NCBI GenBank assembly: GCA_963722595.1
Contig: CAVRNN010000006.1
Coordinates: forward strand, 52,757 to 116,756
DNA length: 64,000 nt
Reading direction: 5' to 3'
Source of the DNA: Vulcanimicrobiota bacterium
GTDB taxonomy: Bacteria; Vulcanimicrobiota; Vulcanimicrobiia; Vulcanimicrobiales; Vulcanimicrobiaceae
A model generated the notes under the pieces. The model made no database searches, was not told where the DNA came from, and saw nothing but the letters and a program-made list of their open reading frames with translations. Positions 60,430-64,000 of this stretch are shown one piece after another. How positions within the stretch are numbered: position 1 is the first letter of the stretch; each line of letters begins with the position of its first letter. A program made the position numbers and the translations under genes.

Positions 60430-60668
60430 ACGACGCGCAAATACGCGGCCACATCGAAGAGCTCGTTGCCGAGGAGCACCGCCTGTTCGAGCACGGCGAG
60501 GACGGAAAGCTGAGTGCGGAGGACCGCACCCGACTCGAGGAGATCACGGTCCAGCTCGACCAGTATTGGGACCTGTTACGCCAGCGCCGCGCGCGTCGCG
60601 ACGCCGGCCAAGACCCCGGCATCGCACGGATGCGCAAGGAAGAGATCGTCGAACACTACCGCCAGTAG
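60426..60668 (+). CDS. DUF2630-family small protein
   Basis: 'IRGHIEELVAEEHRLFEHGEDGKLSAEDRTRLEEITVQLDQYWDLLRQRRA' matches my recollection of the DUF2630 pattern. Confidence 0.6.
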   Translation: MNDAQIRGHIEELVAEEHRLFEHGEDGKLSAEDRTRLEEITVQLDQYWDLLRQRRARRDAGQDPGIARMRKEEIVEHYRQ

Positions 60669-60716
60669 CGGCTCCAGGAAACGTTCCGGCAACAGGCGTA
60701 GCGTACAGTAACGGGC

Positions 60717-61004
60717 ATGGACGATCGTACCGCGGACGGCCTTTTCAATCGATTCGCCGAGCTGCTTCACGCATCCGATGCTCGGTCGGCGAAACGATTC
60801 GACGCGCTCGATGCGCGAATCGACGGGCTAACGGGGCGAGTCGATGGCGTACACCCCGAACTCCGTGAGGTCCGGGTCGCGACAGGGTCGAATCACGACC
60901 GGCTCGTGAACCGTCTGGACGGGTTGGTGTCGAGATTCGTCACAAAGGTCTACCTCCGCTTCGACGGTCTGGAAGAGCGTTTAGCAGTCGTCGACGGTTG
61001 GTGA
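60717..61004 (+). CDS. hypothetical protein with R-x-D-(A/G)-L repeats
   Basis: 95 aa ORF with repeated 'RFDALDARIDGLTGRVDGV', 'RLVNRLDGLV', 'LRFDGLEERL'. Its stop lies 3 nt before the tmRNA 5' end. Codon bias is weaker than in neighbours, so it could instead be ssrA leader. Confidence 0.35.
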   Translation: MDDRTADGLFNRFAELLHASDARSAKRFDALDARIDGLTGRVDGVHPELREVRVATGSNHDRLVNRLDGLVSRFVTKVYLRFDGLEERLAVVDGW

Positions 61005-61007
61005 CAC

Positions 61008-61357
61008 GGGATGGTGGTGGAATAGGCAGACACAGCAGACTTGACCAGACTCCGTTGAGCCGCAGGTACGGGAAACCGCCTGCGGGATGCGCTCAAATTC
61101 GGCGAACTCTCTGTCGCTGGCGCGACGTGACGACGCCGAGCCAAGCTCCGAACCAGCCTGTCGTCCTGAGCTTGTCGAAGGATGACTAGGCGAAGGAGAA
61201 GGTGTAGAGACTGGACGGGCGCGGCCTACATGAGCATAACGCTCATACGGTCAAGGCACAGTCCGGACCACAAACGCGAAACGCGGTGGCGAAAGCCATA
61301 GTGGTGCGAAAATCTGCAGCCCGAAAGGGCGTCCGGGTTCGACTCCCGGCCATCCCA
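61008..61357 (+). ncRNA. ssrA: tmRNA (SsrA), one-piece
   Basis: 5' GGGATGG pairs with 3' CCATCCC-A. T-arm CCGGG-TTCGACT-CCCGG. Internal helices include CCGCAGG/CCTGCGG, ATGAGC/GCTCAT and the tetraloop hairpin TGGC-GAAA-GCCA. About 350 nt. Candidate tag ORF GGC GAA CTC TCT GTC GCT GGC GCG ACG TGA (61101-61130). Confidence 0.85.
61165..61181 (+). repeat. 17-nt core CCTGAGCTTGTCGAAGG inside a hairpin (copy 1, within tmRNA)
   Basis: The stem GTCGTCC/GGATGAC flanks the core. An identical 17-mer recurs at 61470-61486. Confidence 0.8.
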
Positions 61358-61408
61358 AAAAGCATTGTCCTTATTTTATAGGCGTTTCCGCCGCACTAGG
61401 TCTCGTTT

Positions 61409-61430
61409 TGTCACAGAATTGTCACAGAAT
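61409..61430 (+). repeat. tandem direct repeat 2 x TGTCACAGAAT (arm-type site candidates)
   Basis: Exact 11-nt tandem between the ssrA 3' end and the int stop. Two more GTGTCAC-containing boxes, CCCGTGTCAC, lie at 61434-61443 and 61460-61469. Confidence 0.7.
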
Positions 61431-61459
61431 CCGCCCGTGTCACTCCTGAGCGCAGCGCT

Positions 61460-61498
61460 CCCGTGTCACCCTGAGCTTGTCGAAGGGCGACACGGGCC
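61460..61498 (+). repeat. hairpin carrying copy 2 of the 17-nt core, at the 3' end of int
   Basis: CCCGTGTCACCC-TGAGCTTGTCGAA-GGGCGACACGGG: a 12-bp stem with one A.C mismatch. The core lies at 61470-61486. Confidence 0.75.
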
Positions 61499-62673
61499 TA
61501 GACCGGGATGGTGTCGAGCGCCCGCGCTGCGGCCGCGTCGCTCTCTCTGTAGATGTGTAAGTACCGCTCGGCGGTAATGCGGATATCCGCGTGGCCGAGG
61601 CGCTTGCTCACCACCTCCAGCGGCACGCCTTTCTTCGCGAGCAGCGAAGCGTGCGTGTCGCGCAAGCAGTGAGCCGTGATCGGCGTGACCTTGGCGCGAA
61701 CCGCGAGTTCGATCACTCGATTTCCGAAGTTCCTAGGGTTGACGAGCGAGCCATCGGGCCGAGCAAAGACGAGATCGTCGTCCCCGTATCCAGCTCCAAG
61801 GGTGTATCGCTCGATGTCTTGTGCGGTACGGTGCTGCTTGAGGATCGTGGCAAGCGTGCGAGGCATGGTTATCGTCCGCGCTTTGCCGCTCTTGGGTTCT
61901 TTGAAGAAAAGCCCTCGGCTATGAGTCCTTGTCAGTGATCGCCGTATCGCGACGGTGTTTGATTCGAAGTCCACGTCTAACCAGCGCAGACCAAGCACTT
62001 CGCCCCGTCGCGCGCCGGCGTACACAGCGAAAGCAACGGCCGGATAAAACCATGGCTCGGCGCTTGGACCGCCGGATCGCTTGGCACGCTCTGCCGGATG
62101 CCGAGCTGCGTTGAGAAGTGCGGCGATCTCCGCCTCATTCAAGGCGATCGGCTCAGGCTTTGCCGCCTTTGGTAGGTCTTCGGTTTCGAGACACGCCGCG
62201 ACGTTTCGTGCTACCCATTCCCGACGGACTGCGAAGTTCAGAGCACACCGGATGAGGTCGTGCAGATGGTGGACTGAACGGCCGGATAGCGGCCTACCGC
62301 TGACGCCTTTCGCAGACCACTTGGCGTAAGCGTTAATTAAGTGTTCCGGCCGCAGGTCACTCACTTTGAAGTTTCCGATCGCTGGCGCGACGTAGTTGCG
62401 AAACATCCCTTCGTAGCGTTCATATCCCGATGCGGAAAGCGTCCTCCGCTTGATTTCGAAGAACTCGCCGAAGAGCTCGGCGACGGTGATATCGGGGTTA
62501 CGAAGGCCTTGGCGATGCTTCGCCCGTTCTTTGCGCTTCGCGAGAGTTTCTTCGGCTTCGGATTTGGTGACGTTGTAGAGGGTCTCCCGTTTCTGCTTGC
62601 GCTTCCCTATCGTGCTTGGAACGTCGTAGATGACCCGATAGACTTTATCTCGTAGTCGCTTGACTGACCCCAT
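61498..62673 (-). CDS. int: tyrosine-type site-specific integrase
   Basis: 391 aa with an SAM-like N-domain. Catalytic residues lie in 'YAGARRGEVLGLRW', 'HCLRDTHAS' and 'LGHADIRITAERYLH'. It sits directly beside the ssrA 3' end. Confidence 0.92.
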   Translation of the reverse strand: MGSVKRLRDKVYRVIYDVPSTIGKRKQKRETLYNVTKSEAEETLAKRKERAKHRQGLRNPDITVAELFGEFFEIKRRTLSASGYERYEGMFRNYVAPAIGNFKVSDLRPEHLINAYAKWSAKGVSGRPLSGRSVHHLHDLIRCALNFAVRREWVARNVAACLETEDLPKAAKPEPIALNEAEIAALLNAARHPAERAKRSGGPSAEPWFYPAVAFAVYAGARRGEVLGLRWLDVDFESNTVAIRRSLTRTHSRGLFFKEPKSGKARTITMPRTLATILKQHRTAQDIERYTLGAGYGDDDLVFARPDGSLVNPRNFGNRVIELAVRAKVTPITAHCLRDTHASLLAKKGVPLEVVSKRLGHADIRITAERYLHIYRESDAAAARALDTIPV

Positions 62674-62674
62674 G

Positions 62675-63049
62675 TTAGGTTGTTCCTTTCACGGGGATTC
62701 CAGCGCGCGGGTGTTCGGCATCGCGGTCCAGGAACTCCCGCAGAGCAGCCTTGGGGATCAGGAACTTCTGTCCAACGCGGACGCTTCGAATTTTTCCGCC
62801 TTGCAGCGCTGCGTAGATCGCGTTTCGGCCAAGTCGTAGAAACGCCTGAGCTTCCCTCGGCGTGAGGATGTCGGGGAGCTGGTCGTAGCCGACGGTCGCG
62901 GCTCTCTGAGCGATCGGATTTTGGCGTGGGCTTCTAGCGCCGGCCGCACCACCCTCGAGACCGGGAAGGATTTGCTGCAGCTCGCGCATGTTCATTGCGG
63001 CGCGTATACCTTGCCGGCCCTTCCCATCCATCGTGTAACCTCTTGACAA
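62675..63049 (-). CDS. xis: excisionase-family helix-turn-helix DNA-binding protein
   Basis: 'LTPREAQAFLRLGRNAIYAALQGGKIRSVRVGQKFLIPKAALREFL' is an HTH_17/excisionase-type motif. Its stop lies 1 nt before the int start. The likely start is ATG at 63031 rather than TTG at 63049. Confidence 0.8.
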   Translation of the reverse strand: MSRGYTMDGKGRQGIRAAMNMRELQQILPGLEGGAAGARSPRQNPIAQRAATVGYDQLPDILTPREAQAFLRLGRNAIYAALQGGKIRSVRVGQKFLIPKAALREFLDRDAEHPRAGIPVKGTT

Positions 63050-63053
63050 AAAA

Positions 63054-63096
63054 GCTCCGGAGCAATTCCGGAGCGATCTATCCGCATTATAATGCG
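63054..63096. promoter_or_regulatory. xis-proximal control region: two TCCGGAGC boxes and a 14-nt palindrome containing TATAAT on both strands
   Basis: GCTCCGGAGC (63054-63063) and TTCCGGAGC (63066-63074). The palindrome CGCATTATAATGCG (63083-63096) reads TATAAT on either strand. Confidence 0.5.
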
Positions 63097-63151
63097 TCTG
63101 AAAGTCAAACGCTATTCGTCACCCAAATTATACCATGCGCCTCGCTAACGC

Positions 63152-63265
63152 GCACGGAGCCGGACTCGATTTGATTTTAGCGCCCGCGTCCAGGGCTCAC
63201 TTCGTTCGGCCTTCTTGGGCAGACCCTGGACTCGGCCGCGTTTTGCAATGAATCCGGCTCCGTGC
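63152..63265. other. nested-helix element (candidate structured RNA or protein-binding inverted repeats)
   Basis: A 13-nt perfect inverted repeat, GCACGGAGCCGGA (63152-63164) and TCCGGCTCCGTGC (63253-63265), encloses an 8-bp inverted repeat, GTCCAGGG (63188-63195) and CCCTGGAC (63224-63231). Confidence 0.4.
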
Positions 63266-63753
63266 TCTTTCCGTGCTACACAGGATCTCTTTTCGTGCGC
63301 AGGCCGTTGCAGAGCCATTCACGCCGCAGTACTGTGTCGGTGCTGCCGCGGATAATCGGACGTTGCAGTTGGATGGCACTCGGCAGTGTTACGATGCGTC
63401 TAAGCCTCCATCAGAGCCGTATCAGTTGCCTAACGTTTTGCGTGCGATCGGCGCTGCAGCTCTGTTGTTCTGAAGTGCGCGATCGCATTCGCTCCACGGC
63501 ATGCGACGTTACTTCGCGTAACTTTAGCGTGACGCGCATCGAGGGGTTTTCATGACGCAAGCCGGTGGTTGTACGGACAACGCCTGCCGGCGCCGCCCGT
63601 CCAACCAGTCTGGAAGCGGGGTCGCGGCCCTAACTGGCCGCTCAGCCCGCGCGAAGACGAGCAATCGAGACTGCCCTAGCGATGCCGCTCCTCGCCAGCA
63701 CCAGCGCTTCATCTTCAGCTAAACGCGATCGCTCGCCGACGGCATCGACCAAC

Positions 63754-64000
63754 TCACGGCCCGAGCGGACGACGGCGGGGAACGCGCCGAGTCGGGGGCG
63801 CCACGCGCGTATCGCCCGCCGGGCTCGCCAGGCCTCGTTCGAAATCCGTAAACGCGGCGATTAGCTCCGGCGCCTCAAAAGCCCGATTACGACGGCCCGC
63901 CCGAATCGAGGTGAGGATACCCGCGTTGACGAGGCGCTCGATGGCCTGGTTTGTGGCAAGGAAGCTTCGACCGATAAGCGCTGCCGCGCCGTTCACGGTG
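63754..64000 (-). CDS. Fic/DOC-family protein, C-terminal winged-helix part (N-terminus beyond window end)
   Basis: 'TVNGAAALIGRSFLATNQAIERLVNAGILTSIRAGRRNRAFEAPELI' matches the C-terminal wHTH common in Fic proteins. The frame is open to base 64000. Confidence 0.55.
   Translation of the reverse strand, partial: TVNGAAALIGRSFLATNQAIERLVNAGILTSIRAGRRNRAFEAPELIAAFTDFERGLASPAGDTRVAPPTRRVPRRRPLGP

Larger units (their letters stand above)
61358..64000. mobile_element. left end of an integrative element inserted at the ssrA 3' end (continues beyond window)
   Basis: int-xis abut the tmRNA. G+C is visibly lower than in the flanking chromosome, repeat boxes lie next to int, and cargo begins with a Fic-family gene. 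The right boundary is not in the window. Confidence 0.7.

Noticed and set aside
61165-61486. The two 17-nt repeats as attL/attR of the element
   Set aside because: Both copies lie on the same side of int, only 305 nt apart, so they cannot flank the element. The different stems around an identical loop fit a dispersed hairpin family better.
63197-63712. Track ORFs in the element's non-coding region (63197-63379 minus, 63262-63555 plus, 63273-63473 plus, 63524-63712 minus)
   Set aside because: They overlap each other, are rich in Cys/Arg/Ser, lack RBS context and resemble no protein family I know. A 56-codon ORF at 63552-63722 with a weak GAGGGG upstream is the only marginal candidate.

Overview
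A high-GC, densely packed bacterial chromosomal segment. About 60 kb is housekeeping, and the gene order resembles Firmicutes/Terrabacteria: folC-folP-folB-folK, accB-like-accC-nusB, xseAB-tlyA-nadK-recN, rimP-nusA-ylxR-infB-rbfA-nrnA-truB-ribF, hrcA-dnaJ-rsmE, accD-accA-ftsB-S1-ppx. It also encodes an outer-membrane-type beta-barrel, so the organism is probably a diderm; I cannot name the lineage. Other content is a phoB/phoR-like pair with an orphan pstB, a sulfate ABC operon (sbp-cysTWA), tdh-kbl, acs, add-dtxR-rhomboid-dinG, an initiator tRNA-fMet and a tmRNA. The only clearly accessory DNA is the right end (61.36 kb onward). There a tyrosine integrase, an excisionase-type HTH gene, a ~700 nt ORF-poor structured region and a Fic-family gene sit directly against the 3' end of ssrA, and the element runs out of the window.

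The observations I rank highest:
1. An HPPK fused to a BCCP-like protein with no biotinyl-lysine, in the canonical accB slot.
2. A ClpA-type double AAA+ ATPase in which the N-domain is replaced by a ClpX-like zinc ribbon plus a hydrophobic helix and the ClpP-docking loop is missing. It appears to share an operon with a SIMPL-domain protein.
3. A fusion of a copper-amine-oxidase N-terminal-type domain to a porin. Its 5' region has the same paired-box architecture as the neighbouring sulfate operon.
4. A frame break in the essential infB gene.
5. A small patch of multiply disrupted pseudogenes next to tRNA-fMet.
6. The ssrA-linked element and its non-coding region.

I saw no CRISPR array, rRNA or transposase. 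All calls come from reading motifs by eye; no searches were run.
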